Below are positions 55,067 through 63,480 of a DNA stretch of 64,000 nt, in pieces. The position numbers were made by a program, and so were the translations under genes. Location: IMG/VR virus record IMGVR_UViG_3300045988_147856; one strand, written 5' to 3'. Source of the stretch: a virus. How positions within the stretch are numbered: position 1 is the first letter of the stretch; every line of letters begins with the position of its first letter. Below the pieces are notes generated by a model. It did no database searches. It was not told the DNA's origin and was given only the letters and a program-made list of their open reading frames with translations.

Positions 55067-55747
55067 ATGAAAACATATAAAGGATTCGACAAGGATTTAA
55101 AGTGCAGAGGTTTCCAATACGAAATAGGAAAAGAGTACGAAGAGGAAGAGGCAAAAGCTTGTGAAAAAGGATTTCACGCTTGCAAAAATCCTTTAGAAGT
55201 ATTCAGCTATTATCCGCCGTGCGATGGAAATCGATACTGCGAGGTGGAACAGGACGGAGAGCTTTCCGAACATAACGCTGACTCCAAAGTTGCCTCGACC
55301 AAAATAAAAATCGGCGTCGAACTTGGACTCAAGGGACTTATACAAGCAGGAGTATCATTTATTCTCGACCGTGTAAATTGGAAAGATGACGCGGCAACGA
55401 ATACGGGCAACTATTCAGCGGCAACGAATACGGGCGACCAGTCAGCGGCAACGAATACGGGCTTCCAGTCAGCGGCAACGAATACGGGCAACTATTCAGC
55501 GGCAACGAATACGGGCAACTATTCAGCGGCTGAAGTCTCAAACGGCGATTCTGTCGCAATAGCAACGGGTTATCAGTCTAAGGCAAAGGCAGGATTCGGC
55601 TCTGCTATCGTCATTGCGGAGCGCGGCGGTTGGAACGGCGAGACATATCCGCTAATTAGCATTAAGGCGGCAATGGTGGACGGAGAAAAAATTAAAGCTG
55701 ATACTTGGTACACCCTTGAAAACGGCGAGTTTGTCGAATGTGATTAA
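55067..55747 (+). CDS. Protein with five 9-aa AATNTG(N/D/F)(Y/Q)S repeats
   Basis: ORF with an in-frame 27-nt x5 tandem repeat. Start is either ATG 55067 or TTG 55055. Confidence 0.6.
   Translation: MKTYKGFDKDLKCRGFQYEIGKEYEEEEAKACEKGFHACKNPLEVFSYYPPCDGNRYCEVEQDGELSEHNADSKVASTKIKIGVELGLKGLIQAGVSFILDRVNWKDDAATNTGNYSAATNTGDQSAATNTGFQSAATNTGNYSAATNTGNYSAAEVSNGDSVAIATGYQSKAKAGFGSAIVIAERGGWNGETYPLISIKAAMVDGEKIKADTWYTLENGEFVECD
55391..55525 (+). repeat. 27-nt x 5 in-frame tandem repeat
   Basis: GCGGCAACGAATACGGGC(AACTAT/GACCAG/TTCCAG)TCA units. Confidence 0.9.
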
Positions 55748-55768
55748 CAGAGAGGAATTGAATTTGGA

Positions 55769-56056
55769 ATGGAATTGAAATTTGATTTAGGAATGCAGGT
55801 CATGACGCAGGGTATAGCAAATATACTCGGTGACGGTAAAATTTGCGAGGAATTGCTCGACGCTTTCGGACGATACACAAAGTGCGATTGGGGTGATATC
55901 CCCGAAGAGGACAAGGCTTTAAACGACGAGGCGGTTCGGGTAGGCGATGGACGGACGCTCGCCGCATATAACACAAGTAAGGGCGAGATTTGGATAATCA
56001 CAGACTTCGGCGACGAGGGTAATGTGACGACCATGCTGTTGCCGGAGGAGTATTGA
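55769..56056 (+). CDS. Small acidic protein of a family common in plasmid/ICE accessory regions
   Basis: CDWGDIPEEDKALNDEAV...IWIITDFGDEGNVTTMLLPEEY. Confidence 0.55.
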   Translation: MELKFDLGMQVMTQGIANILGDGKICEELLDAFGRYTKCDWGDIPEEDKALNDEAVRVGDGRTLAAYNTSKGEIWIITDFGDEGNVTTMLLPEEY

Positions 56057-56143
56057 AATGATATTAGACACACTGAGGTGCTCTGATGTGGTTATGGGTG
56101 ACAGTATGCTCATAGTAGATTTTATTTAAGAAAGGAAAACGAA

Positions 56144-56368
56144 ATGGAATATCTTGTGAGATTCAACTATTCAGGACGAGTTACCTATGAGATTGAAGCA
56201 GACGACGAAGAGACGGCGAAGAGAGAAGCTGCTAATAGGTGGTTGGTTTGGGTATCGGCAGACGCGGTGGGGCACGATCCCGAGGTTGCGTGTGCGGGTA
56301 TTGAGGATGACACTATGACGGTTGAACGGCTAATAGACGGTGATGTAGCGGAGGTAAATGAAAAATGA
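56144..56368 (+). CDS. Hypothetical small acidic protein
   Basis: SD AGAAAGGAAA. Confidence 0.55.
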   Translation: MEYLVRFNYSGRVTYEIEADDEETAKREAANRWLVWVSADAVGHDPEVACAGIEDDTMTVERLIDGDVAEVNEK

Positions 56369-57003
56369 GTAATGAAACAAAGGCTTTACTCATAGATGGC
56401 GATACCGTAAATAAGGCATTAAAATCAATAGGGGTTGCTGCGGCTAACGCTGCTAATACAAATCGTACCCTTGCCGATATACTTAAAGATGTCAATCATC
56501 GTTTCGAAGAGCAATTTAATATTGATATAGAAACAAGAAAAGAAAAAGAGAAAGAGCTTGATGAGATGAGAGCTTCGGGCAAGTTTGTTTCTGTTATGGT
56601 TTTTGACCAGACAAATAAGCAGAGAAATTATCAGTATGTCGGTGAAACTTACTCGGGAGAGACGGTAGTTGGCAGTATCGTTTATGATGAGGGGACTTAC
56701 ATTTATGACCCCAAATATTATATCTATACTTTAGCCCACCTTAATACTTCTACGGGCGGCGAAGTAGACGACCATAATATGCGTAGAGTTGAGGTGCGCC
56801 CTGATTCTATTCGTCCGCACACACAGATTGAAAAAATTAAGGAAGAGCTGCGAAGGGGTCACTGTGTAGAGCTTGTTCGGAACCTCTCGGATAGCTTTTC
56901 TGATAAGTCAATATGTACTATTGCGAGTGAAAAAGAAATTCCTTATAAGCTTTGGTTTAGAAAGAAAACTAAAATGAAGAGATTTGGAGGCAAACGAAAA
57001 TGA
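56365..57003 (+). CDS. Hypothetical early protein
   Basis: ATGA overlap with the upstream gene; 212 aa. Confidence 0.6.
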   Translation: MSNETKALLIDGDTVNKALKSIGVAAANAANTNRTLADILKDVNHRFEEQFNIDIETRKEKEKELDEMRASGKFVSVMVFDQTNKQRNYQYVGETYSGETVVGSIVYDEGTYIYDPKYYIYTLAHLNTSTGGEVDDHNMRRVEVRPDSIRPHTQIEKIKEELRRGHCVELVRNLSDSFSDKSICTIASEKEIPYKLWFRKKTKMKRFGGKRK

Positions 57004-57164
57004 ATGACGTAGCGGGAAATTATATTAGGCTCATAGACACGGCTGATTCTGTTGATAAGATTTCAGAGATTACAAATCGAGCCGCGTGGGATGTTAGCAT
57101 TACCAATCAAGAGTATTGCGAAATATATGATTATGCGGTTAATAAAGTTAGAGATTGGAGGTAA
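57000..57164 (+). CDS. 54-aa small ORF
   Basis: ATG overlaps the upstream stop. Under the track cutoff. Confidence 0.45.
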   Translation: MNDVAGNYIRLIDTADSVDKISEITNRAAWDVSITNQEYCEIYDYAVNKVRDWR

Positions 57165-57169
57165 ATGAA

Positions 57170-57352
57170 ATGAATTTTGAAACATATGAAAAATGTAGAA
57201 CCATAGAAGCAATAGATAGAGTGTTAGACTTTATGGAAACAGATGAGTTCCGAAAAGCCAGAGAAGCCACCGAGAACTGGTATGGTGATGTGTACGAGTG
57301 TAAGGCGACGCTTGATGATATAAAAACGCTTCTTAAGGATGAGATAGAATAA
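57170..57352 (+). CDS. Hypothetical small protein
   Basis: ATG after GGAGGTAAATGAA. Confidence 0.5.
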   Translation: MNFETYEKCRTIEAIDRVLDFMETDEFRKAREATENWYGDVYECKATLDDIKTLLKDEIE

Positions 57353-57367
57353 GAAAGGAAAACAAAA

Positions 57368-57700
57368 ATGTATAAACTTGACTTTTACACAGCAATATCT
57401 GACAGAAACGACCCTAAGACCCTTAATCACTTTGAGCGGGTCAGCGGTTATGGACAGGTAGTAAGAACTCCACGAGGAAGAGAAATCGAATTTGGTTTTG
57501 ATAAGCGGAGTGACGGATGGTATGTAACCGATGTTGCTTCCGGTATGAGGATTCCTAAAAAATATGACACAAGGATGAAAGCGCTCGCCGCTCTTAACGC
57601 AGAGCTGCTTAGTAAGGTTGATAAGGCAGTAGAGAGTAATACATACAAAGCTGTAGTGAAAGCTCTTAGCAAATTTAAAACAAATTCGGAGGTAGCGTGA
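57368..57700 (+). CDS. Hypothetical protein
   Basis: SD AGAAAGGAAA; 110 aa. Confidence 0.6.
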   Translation: MYKLDFYTAISDRNDPKTLNHFERVSGYGQVVRTPRGREIEFGFDKRSDGWYVTDVASGMRIPKKYDTRMKALAALNAELLSKVDKAVESNTYKAVVKALSKFKTNSEVA

Positions 57701-57701
57701 T

Positions 57702-57839
57702 ATGACGGTGTATGAAGTGTTGAAAACATATTGCAAAAACTGCGTACACAACGGTAATTGTTGGAAGCCGTGTGCGGCGGCGACATCGGCGGTAATGAGC
57801 GACGAAAAGGTGAAAGCAAAGACGGTGGTGAGTTTATGA
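57702..57839 (+). CDS. 45-aa Cys-containing small ORF
   Basis: Coupled junctions; CKNC...C...C. Confidence 0.4.
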   Translation: MTVYEVLKTYCKNCVHNGNCWKPCAAATSAVMSDEKVKAKTVVSL

Positions 57840-58024
57840 TACTGAACACGACATATTGCAGACGAGCTTTTACTGGCGTGTATTGTGAACATATGGACGG
57901 AAATGTGTGTGTTAGACAATCCGGCGAGTGTGAGTTTCAGTACGGAGCGGGTAGACGACGAGAAAATGAAGTCCAGAAGGAATTGGATTCTGATTTAAAA
58001 AACGAAAACAAAAGGAGAATGTAA
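57836..58024 (+). CDS. 62-aa Cys-rich small protein
   Basis: ATGA overlap with the upstream ORF; in frame with the track ORF 57758..58024. Confidence 0.45.
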   Translation: MILNTTYCRRAFTGVYCEHMDGNVCVRQSGECEFQYGAGRRRENEVQKELDSDLKNENKRRM

Positions 58025-58189
58025 ATGAATATCAAAGTAAAAATCTGTGATAAAGCTATCGAGCTTATTGACCTGCTGGCTAATATGCCGCTCGCTGATG
58101 ATGAATTTGTTGATGAGATAATAGACGGTATTCGGTACAACGAGCCGTACCGAATAGAAGTAATTAGAGATGAGGTACAGAATGGCTGA
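58025..58189 (+). CDS. 54-aa acidic small protein
   Basis: SD AAAGGAGAA; under the track cutoff. Confidence 0.45.
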   Translation: MNIKVKICDKAIELIDLLANMPLADDEFVDEIIDGIRYNEPYRIEVIRDEVQNG

Positions 58190-58249
58190 AGAAATATAGG
58201 ATATCCGCAATTAGAGGTTAAAAATTAAAAACAAAAGGAGGTATGAGCC

Positions 58250-59389
58250 ATGAAAATTATAAAAGCATTAAAAATGCGAATCTATCCAAACAAAGAACAG
58301 GCTTTAAAAATTGACAAAACCATTGGCTCATGCCGATATGTTTACAACCACATGCTTGCTCGTAATAATAAGATATATGCACGTCGTAATGAACACTTAT
58401 CGTATTATGACATGCAGAACCTTTTACCGCACATGAAGGAATATCTTCCGTGGCTGAAGGAGTCGGATTCACAGGCTTTGAAGTATGCCTGCCGTCAGGT
58501 CAATAAAGCCTTTGATGGGTTCTTTAAGAAGAGAACCAATTTTCCAAAGTTCCACAGCAAACGAACAAGCAGACAGTCCTACACGACTACAAATAAAGCC
58601 TATATTGACTACAATCCTGATGAAAGAAAGGTAAGACTGCCATTCCTTGGATGGATGTGCTGCTCAGACAATCGTATTCTAAAAGACTGCACTTTCAAGC
58701 AGGCTACGGTATCAAAAAAGAATGGCAGGTATTATGTTTCTATTACGTACAGCATTGAAAAAAATGTAGTTCCTGTGCCTGTGAGTGAAAACCAAGCTCT
58801 AGGTCTGGACTACAAATCAGATGGACTGTATGTAGATAGCGAAAGTAATGCACCTGATACGCCGCACTGGTTTCGACTGGCTCAAAGCAAGCTGAAGAAA
58901 GAGCAGCGAAAGCTTAGAAACAAAGTTGGCTCTAAAAAGGGAGAGCCAAAGTCTCATAACTATTCAAAGCAGCTTCAAAAGGTTCAAAACCTTTATGAAC
59001 ATATTGCCAATCAACGTTTGGACTATCTTCATAAAGAGAGTACAAGACTAGCAGATCAGTATGATGCTATTCTGATTGAAGACTTGAACATGAAGGCTAT
59101 TGCCAACAAAGGCTTCGGCAACGGCAAAGCCACTCTTGATAACGGATGGGGCATGTTTGTAACCATGCTTGACTATAAGCTGAAAGAACGTGGCAAATGC
59201 CTACAAAAAGTAGACAAATGGTATCCATCCTCACAGACCTGCAGTGTCTGTGGATGTATGAATGAAGATGTAAAAGATTTGAGTATTCGAAAATGGATAT
59301 GTCCACACTGTGGTGCAGAGCATGATCGAGATATCAATGCTGCTATCAATATCAAGCAGGAAGGCCTGCGGTTACTAGAAGTAATTTAA
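58250..59389 (+). CDS. tnpB: TnpB (IS200/IS605-family OrfB, RNA-guided nuclease)
   Basis: N-terminal LKMRIYPNKEQ signature, a RuvC-like core, and a C-terminal zinc finger CSVCGC...CPHCG. Confidence 0.9.
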   Translation: MKIIKALKMRIYPNKEQALKIDKTIGSCRYVYNHMLARNNKIYARRNEHLSYYDMQNLLPHMKEYLPWLKESDSQALKYACRQVNKAFDGFFKKRTNFPKFHSKRTSRQSYTTTNKAYIDYNPDERKVRLPFLGWMCCSDNRILKDCTFKQATVSKKNGRYYVSITYSIEKNVVPVPVSENQALGLDYKSDGLYVDSESNAPDTPHWFRLAQSKLKKEQRKLRNKVGSKKGEPKSHNYSKQLQKVQNLYEHIANQRLDYLHKESTRLADQYDAILIEDLNMKAIANKGFGNGKATLDNGWGMFVTMLDYKLKERGKCLQKVDKWYPSSQTCSVCGCMNEDVKDLSIRKWICPHCGAEHDRDINAAINIKQEGLRLLEVI

Positions 59390-59645
59390 GAAATGTAGTA
59401 AAAATAAATGTACTGTACGGTGAGGCACATCGGAACAGGCGAAAGCCGAACGCATGTGGAGACAGGAACTTCGGGCATACAGCTTTTATAGTGTATGCAG
59501 ATGTCTGTCGAGGAAGCATGAACCACAGGACAAGGTTGAAAATCAGTTCTAGCTGGCACTGGTGAAAGCAGTGTTTTCAACCTCAGATTGCGGATAGCCG
59601 AAATCGTTGAGGTGTATGATAGCATCTGAGCTATCGTAAGTAAAA
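59390..59645 (+). ncRNA. Candidate omega-RNA (reRNA) / right-end region of the TnpB element
   Basis: ORF-free and hairpin-dense directly 3' of tnpB: GGTTGAAAA...TTTTCAACC, CCTCA...TGAGG, TATGATAGC-ATCTGA-GCTATCGTA. Exact ends unknown. Confidence 0.5.
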
Positions 59646-59673
59646 AATAATATGGGAGAGGAAGATTAAAATA

Positions 59674-60006
59674 ATTAAGAGAGGAGAAATCTACTTGGTT
59701 TCGCTGGACGGAGTGGGGTCTGAACAACGGAACACAAGACCTGCGATTATAGTGCAAAACGATGTGGGAAATGCCCACTCGCCGACGACGGTTATCGTAC
59801 CTTTATCGACAAAAATAAAACCGTCTATGGCGACGACGCACGTCAAAATAACAAGTGAGCAGGGCGTAAGAGATGAATCAGAAGCGTTATGTGAACAACT
59901 GAGAGTGGTAGACAAATCGAGATTAGGAAGGAGAGTGGGTAAAATCACCGACGAATCAGTTATGACGGATATAACAAGAAAAATAAAAGTAGTGTGCGGC
60001 TGTTAA
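59674..60006 (+). CDS. mazF: MazF/PemK-family endoribonuclease toxin
   Basis: (I)IKRGEIYLVSLDGVGSEQRNTRPAIIVQND aligns with EndoA [33 protein letters not shown]. The conserved N-terminus is reachable only from ATA (59671) or ATT (59674). Confidence 0.8.
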   Translation: MKRGEIYLVSLDGVGSEQRNTRPAIIVQNDVGNAHSPTTVIVPLSTKIKPSMATTHVKITSEQGVRDESEALCEQLRVVDKSRLGRRVGKITDESVMTDITRKIKVVCGC

Positions 60007-60018
60007 TTGGAGGGAAAA

Positions 60019-60273
60019 ATGGAACATCAAACAGTAGTGGCAAAAACGAAAAATGGAAATGAGTTTGTGGCTTGTTCCGGTATCGGAAGCAAGCTCTGCT
60101 CAATACATAGCTGCGAGTCGTGTCCTAAGATGAAATCAATTCGGGACAGCGCAAATAAGCTTGGATATGCTGGAAAAGGAAATGACTTTGCAGAGCTATT
60201 AAATTATCTATTCGATAAGGAGTGTGAACAGTTTGGAAATTATGCTGTTGTGGAGGTGTGTATGTCAGATTGA
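60019..60273 (+). CDS. Cys-containing small protein upstream of hicA (possible non-HicB antitoxin)
   Basis: ATG after GGAGGGAAAA; its stop overlaps the hicA start. Confidence 0.5.
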   Translation: MEHQTVVAKTKNGNEFVACSGIGSKLCSIHSCESCPKMKSIRDSANKLGYAGKGNDFAELLNYLFDKECEQFGNYAVVEVCMSD

Positions 60274-60455
60274 CTCAATTCAAAGTAAAAGAGTTCAAGA
60301 GAATTTTACGGGATAACGGCTATAAGGAGGTGAGGTGTTGCGGTAGCCATCAAACTTGGAGCAATGGTGCAAGCAAAATTACTTTGCCGACGGTTAAGCT
60401 GAGTCCTGTTATAGCGGCTCGACTCATAAAGGAAAATGATTTGAGTGTCCGATAA
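60270..60455 (+). CDS. hicA: HicA-family mRNA interferase toxin
   Basis: KVKEFKRILRDNGYKEVRCCGSHQTW matches the HicA pattern (KE..K.L...G....R..GSH). About 61 aa from a TTG that overlaps the upstream TGA. Confidence 0.7.
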   Translation: MTQFKVKEFKRILRDNGYKEVRCCGSHQTWSNGASKITLPTVKLSPVIAARLIKENDLSVR

Positions 60456-60488
60456 AAGTGACAACTTACAACTGGAAAAAATTCCCTG

Positions 60489-60517
60489 TTGACAAGAGAA
60501 TTTTTTAGGACTATAAT
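60489..60517 (+). promoter_or_regulatory. Consensus sigma-70-type promoter
   Basis: TTGACA, 17-nt spacer, TATAAT. Confidence 0.75.
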
Positions 60518-60530
60518 AAAAAATGTAAAC

Positions 60531-60544
60531 GGAACAAATGTTCG
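60531..60544. promoter_or_regulatory. Cheo-type LexA (SOS) box
   Basis: GGAACAAATGTTCG against the consensus CGAAC-N4-GTTCG (one mismatch), 14 nt downstream of the -10. Confidence 0.6.
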
Positions 60545-60580
60545 ACTAAAGTTCGATTAATGAAAGGAGAAATTTGTAAA

Positions 60581-60955
60581 ATGGGATTTTTGGGTTCATT
60601 TCTTGGTCTGATTGGTGCTTCGGCGGTGTTTGTTGGAGCCGATGTTAAAGAGCGTTGGGACGAAATAGATAGAGAGCGGCAGCGCATTGCGGCAAATCCC
60701 GCACCGCCTCCGGAGATGAGGGGAAATTTAAGAGATAAATATGAATCTGAATGGCACAGAGGCGATAACACTCATTTCCCGGAAGAATATCTTCCTGCTC
60801 TTGAGAGCGATCCAGAGGTACTTTACTGGTGGATTGAGCTTCTTGCAGAGCGTGAGATAAGGCGTCAGGGTTATCGCGGTTATCCTATCAGTATTCAGGG
60901 CAATTTCAATCGAGTGTATAATGCTTGGAAGGAGCGTCAGAATTGGGTCAGATAA
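60581..60955 (+). CDS. Membrane-anchored protein
   Basis: ATG after GAAAGGAGAA; N-terminal TM segment GFLGSFLGLIGASAVFVGA. Confidence 0.55.
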   Translation: MGFLGSFLGLIGASAVFVGADVKERWDEIDRERQRIAANPAPPPEMRGNLRDKYESEWHRGDNTHFPEEYLPALESDPEVLYWWIELLAEREIRRQGYRGYPISIQGNFNRVYNAWKERQNWVR

Positions 60956-61896
60956 CCAGTGTCGATGTTAATAAAGACATACTTATTGATAGTCTGAAAG
61001 CCCAGAACGCAAGACTAAAAAAGCTCCTCCGCGAAACAGCAGAAGAGCGAGACAGATATAAATCCTTGTGGGAAACAAATCGGATTCAAAATGAATTTTC
61101 AGAAAAGGAGCGAAAAGCAAATCGGCGATTAGAACAAGAGAAAAAGCAAGAGCGGCTGTTGTCCGGTGTAAAATCGGATGGCGTTCCGGTAGCTCATGCG
61201 GCGGATTCGATTCGTTCCTATGATGAAATGTGTGTTGTACTGGATAAGCTCAAAAACACAGGACGAATGGGAATACGAAACTGGGCTATGTTCCGTTGCG
61301 GCATTTGCTTCGGTCTTAGAGCAAGCGACCTCGTTAAATTAAAATGGGGTTGGATCATGGACGACGACGGCGAGTTCAGAGACCGTATACCCGTAGTCGA
61401 GAGCAAGACATCTAAAATCAATCGGTGTTTCATTTCAGATGCGATAAAGGAAACGCTTACAGAATATCGCAAGTGGCTCGGCGGACGCAACTGTTCTCCC
61501 GATGATTACATCTTCTCGAAGAACAACGGCGGGAGACTACAGGAGCAAAGCTATTCACGATATCTCAAAAGCGCGGGAAAGGAAGCGGGGTTGCCGATAC
61601 ACATCTCGTCTCACACCATGAGGAAATCATTTGCCAATATAGTGCTGTGTTGTCATGACGGCGGTGCGAATGATTATGCTATGAGAGACTTACAGGGTAT
61701 GCTCGGACATTCAGATGTAAGAATTACGATGAGCTACCTCAAAGACACAATCCTCAGATACGACGAAGCGAGAAAGGCGGTGTCAGATTTCGTCCTCGGA
61801 AAGACAGATATAAACGAGCTGGTTACTTCAAAACAGGTCTCCAATAATGAAATTTACGAGCTTTGCAAAGAAATGTTTGAAAAACAAGTTGCGTAA
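60943..61896 (+). CDS. Second tyrosine recombinase
   Basis: TTG after GGAAGGAG. HTMRKSFANIVL and LGHSDVRITMSYLK catalytic boxes. Confidence 0.8.
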   Translation: MGQITSVDVNKDILIDSLKAQNARLKKLLRETAEERDRYKSLWETNRIQNEFSEKERKANRRLEQEKKQERLLSGVKSDGVPVAHAADSIRSYDEMCVVLDKLKNTGRMGIRNWAMFRCGICFGLRASDLVKLKWGWIMDDDGEFRDRIPVVESKTSKINRCFISDAIKETLTEYRKWLGGRNCSPDDYIFSKNNGGRLQEQSYSRYLKSAGKEAGLPIHISSHTMRKSFANIVLCCHDGGANDYAMRDLQGMLGHSDVRITMSYLKDTILRYDEARKAVSDFVLGKTDINELVTSKQVSNNEIYELCKEMFEKQVA

Positions 61897-61942
61897 ATTA
61901 TTTTCATAGTTTTTGGTAAATCAACAAAGTGAGGTGATATAC

Positions 61943-62182
61943 TTGACTCGTAAGAACAAGAGAGCACTCGCGAGAGCTGCTCGATACATAAACGATAGGG
62001 TCGAATTTGCAAACGACATCTTAGATGACGAAGAGGATCGACTCGATGGTTGGGCGGAGAATCTGAAAGGTTCTCAAAAACACATGGACGCAGAAGACTT
62101 TGTTGAAGATATCCGTGAACAGTTTGATATAATAACTGATGCGGTAGAAGAAATACGGTCTTTGTGCGGAATAGAAGACTAA
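61943..62182 (+). CDS. Hypothetical acidic protein
   Basis: TTG after GAGGTGATATAC. Confidence 0.5.
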   Translation: MTRKNKRALARAARYINDRVEFANDILDDEEDRLDGWAENLKGSQKHMDAEDFVEDIREQFDIITDAVEEIRSLCGIED

Positions 62183-62368
62183 AAAAAAGAAGACTCCCCA
62201 CGAAAGGGTAAAAGCGTTTGGCGACGGCTTCCCAATTCGATGAGGAGGAACGACATTCGTATGCTCTTATACTAAACACTGGCGTGTTTTTATAGGGGCA
62301 TAGTCCTGCCATTGTCATTATAACACAAGGGCGGTTGAATGTCAACGAGAAAATAGGAGGAACTTATT

Positions 62369-62641
62369 GTGCAGAAACCTAAAATTGTTTACATTGCCGT
62401 TGACGACGACGATTATGAGCTTCCGTTTGCTATGGGCGACACAATGCGAGAGCTCGCCGAAGAGATTGGCGTCTCTACTTGGGATATATGGAACTGCGTC
62501 AAGAATCGGGGACGCAGTACAGCGCCTTTTAATCATACATATCGTGTCGAGAAAGTTAGACTTGCCTCTGATATAGAGGACATACTCGACTTTGGCACGG
62601 ACAGAGACATTTACAACATAACAATTAATGCCTATGTATAA
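62369..62641 (+). CDS. Small HTH (sigma region-4-like) protein
   Basis: GTG after AGGAGGAAC. TMRELAEEIGVSTWDIWNCV is an HTH-like segment. Confidence 0.5.
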   Translation: MQKPKIVYIAVDDDDYELPFAMGDTMRELAEEIGVSTWDIWNCVKNRGRSTAPFNHTYRVEKVRLASDIEDILDFGTDRDIYNITINAYV

Positions 62642-63251
62642 GTCAAATTCAAAAATAATAAAAGGTCTTTCGTTTGCTCTGGTGCTGAGCATAGGAGCGT
62701 TTCTTATGGTCGGTAATGCCTTGCCGGTAGAAGCTCCGAGCGCAGAGGTAGTTGAAATCGAAACTGAAAACGAATCGGTTTTGGATTTGAAAACGGAAAT
62801 TGAATCCGAAACAGAAATCGCCTCTACCACAGAGCAACAAAGACCCGCCGATTCAAAGACAAAATACGACGAAATAATTGCTGAGATTGCCGAGAAGTAC
62901 GGTGTCTCGGCGGCTCTTATCAAAGCAGTTATCAAAACGGAAAGCAATTTCAATCCGACTTTGATTAGCGCAACCAACGACTACGGTTTGATGCAAATCA
63001 ACGCTTGTAATGTATCGTGGCTTACAGACGAGTTAGGTGTCACAGATTTATTCGATCCAGCACAGAACATCGAAAGCGGCGTGTACATCCTTAGCGGGTA
63101 TCTGAAGCGCTATTCACTTGCAGATGCGCTGATGGCTTACAACTGCGGCGAGGGTGGAGCAAAACGCCTATGGAAACAGGGTATTCACTCTACTCACTAC
63201 ACGAAAAGGGTATTGAAAAACTTGGATGAATTTGGAGGACTTTATGAATAG
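62628..63251 (+). CDS. Membrane-anchored lytic transglycosylase (SLT domain)
   Basis: TM segment, acidic linker, then KTESNFNPTLISATNDYGLMQIN, a catalytic Glu plus GLMQI motif. Confidence 0.8.
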   Translation: MPMYKSNSKIIKGLSFALVLSIGAFLMVGNALPVEAPSAEVVEIETENESVLDLKTEIESETEIASTTEQQRPADSKTKYDEIIAEIAEKYGVSAALIKAVIKTESNFNPTLISATNDYGLMQINACNVSWLTDELGVTDLFDPAQNIESGVYILSGYLKRYSLADALMAYNCGEGGAKRLWKQGIHSTHYTKRVLKNLDEFGGLYE

Positions 63252-63480
63252 ACATAAATGTTTTGCAGACAGAGGAAGCTGCTGCGCTGTGCTTACAGAA
63301 AAGCTGTGCGAATATGGTGGGTGTCGGTTCTACAAGACCGAACAGCAACTCTACAACGAAAGGCAGTTTGTAGACAGATACATACAGAAAAAATACGGAG
63401 TTAGCCGTAGGGAATATGTGAGAAGCAAATATGGCAGTGAGCTTTTAAGGTATAGGAGGAGAAGAAATGAGGAAGTCTAA
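63244..63480 (+). CDS. Cysteine-rich (Cys_rich_VLP-like) small protein
   Basis: CFADRGSCCAVLTEKLCEYGGCRFYKT; ATG after TTGGAGGAC. Confidence 0.55.
   Translation: MNRHKCFADRGSCCAVLTEKLCEYGGCRFYKTEQQLYNERQFVDRYIQKKYGVSRREYVRSKYGSELLRYRRRRNEEV

Noticed and set aside
9294-57919. Many long antisense or alternate-frame track ORFs inside large genes, e.g. 9294..9890, 24769..25566, 26108..26680, 28269..28775, 37217..37813, 38847..39395, 48420..49058, 51907..52719 and 57224..57919.
   Set aside because: These are shadow ORFs of strongly supported genes on the other strand or frame. They have low-complexity or biased composition and no SDs.
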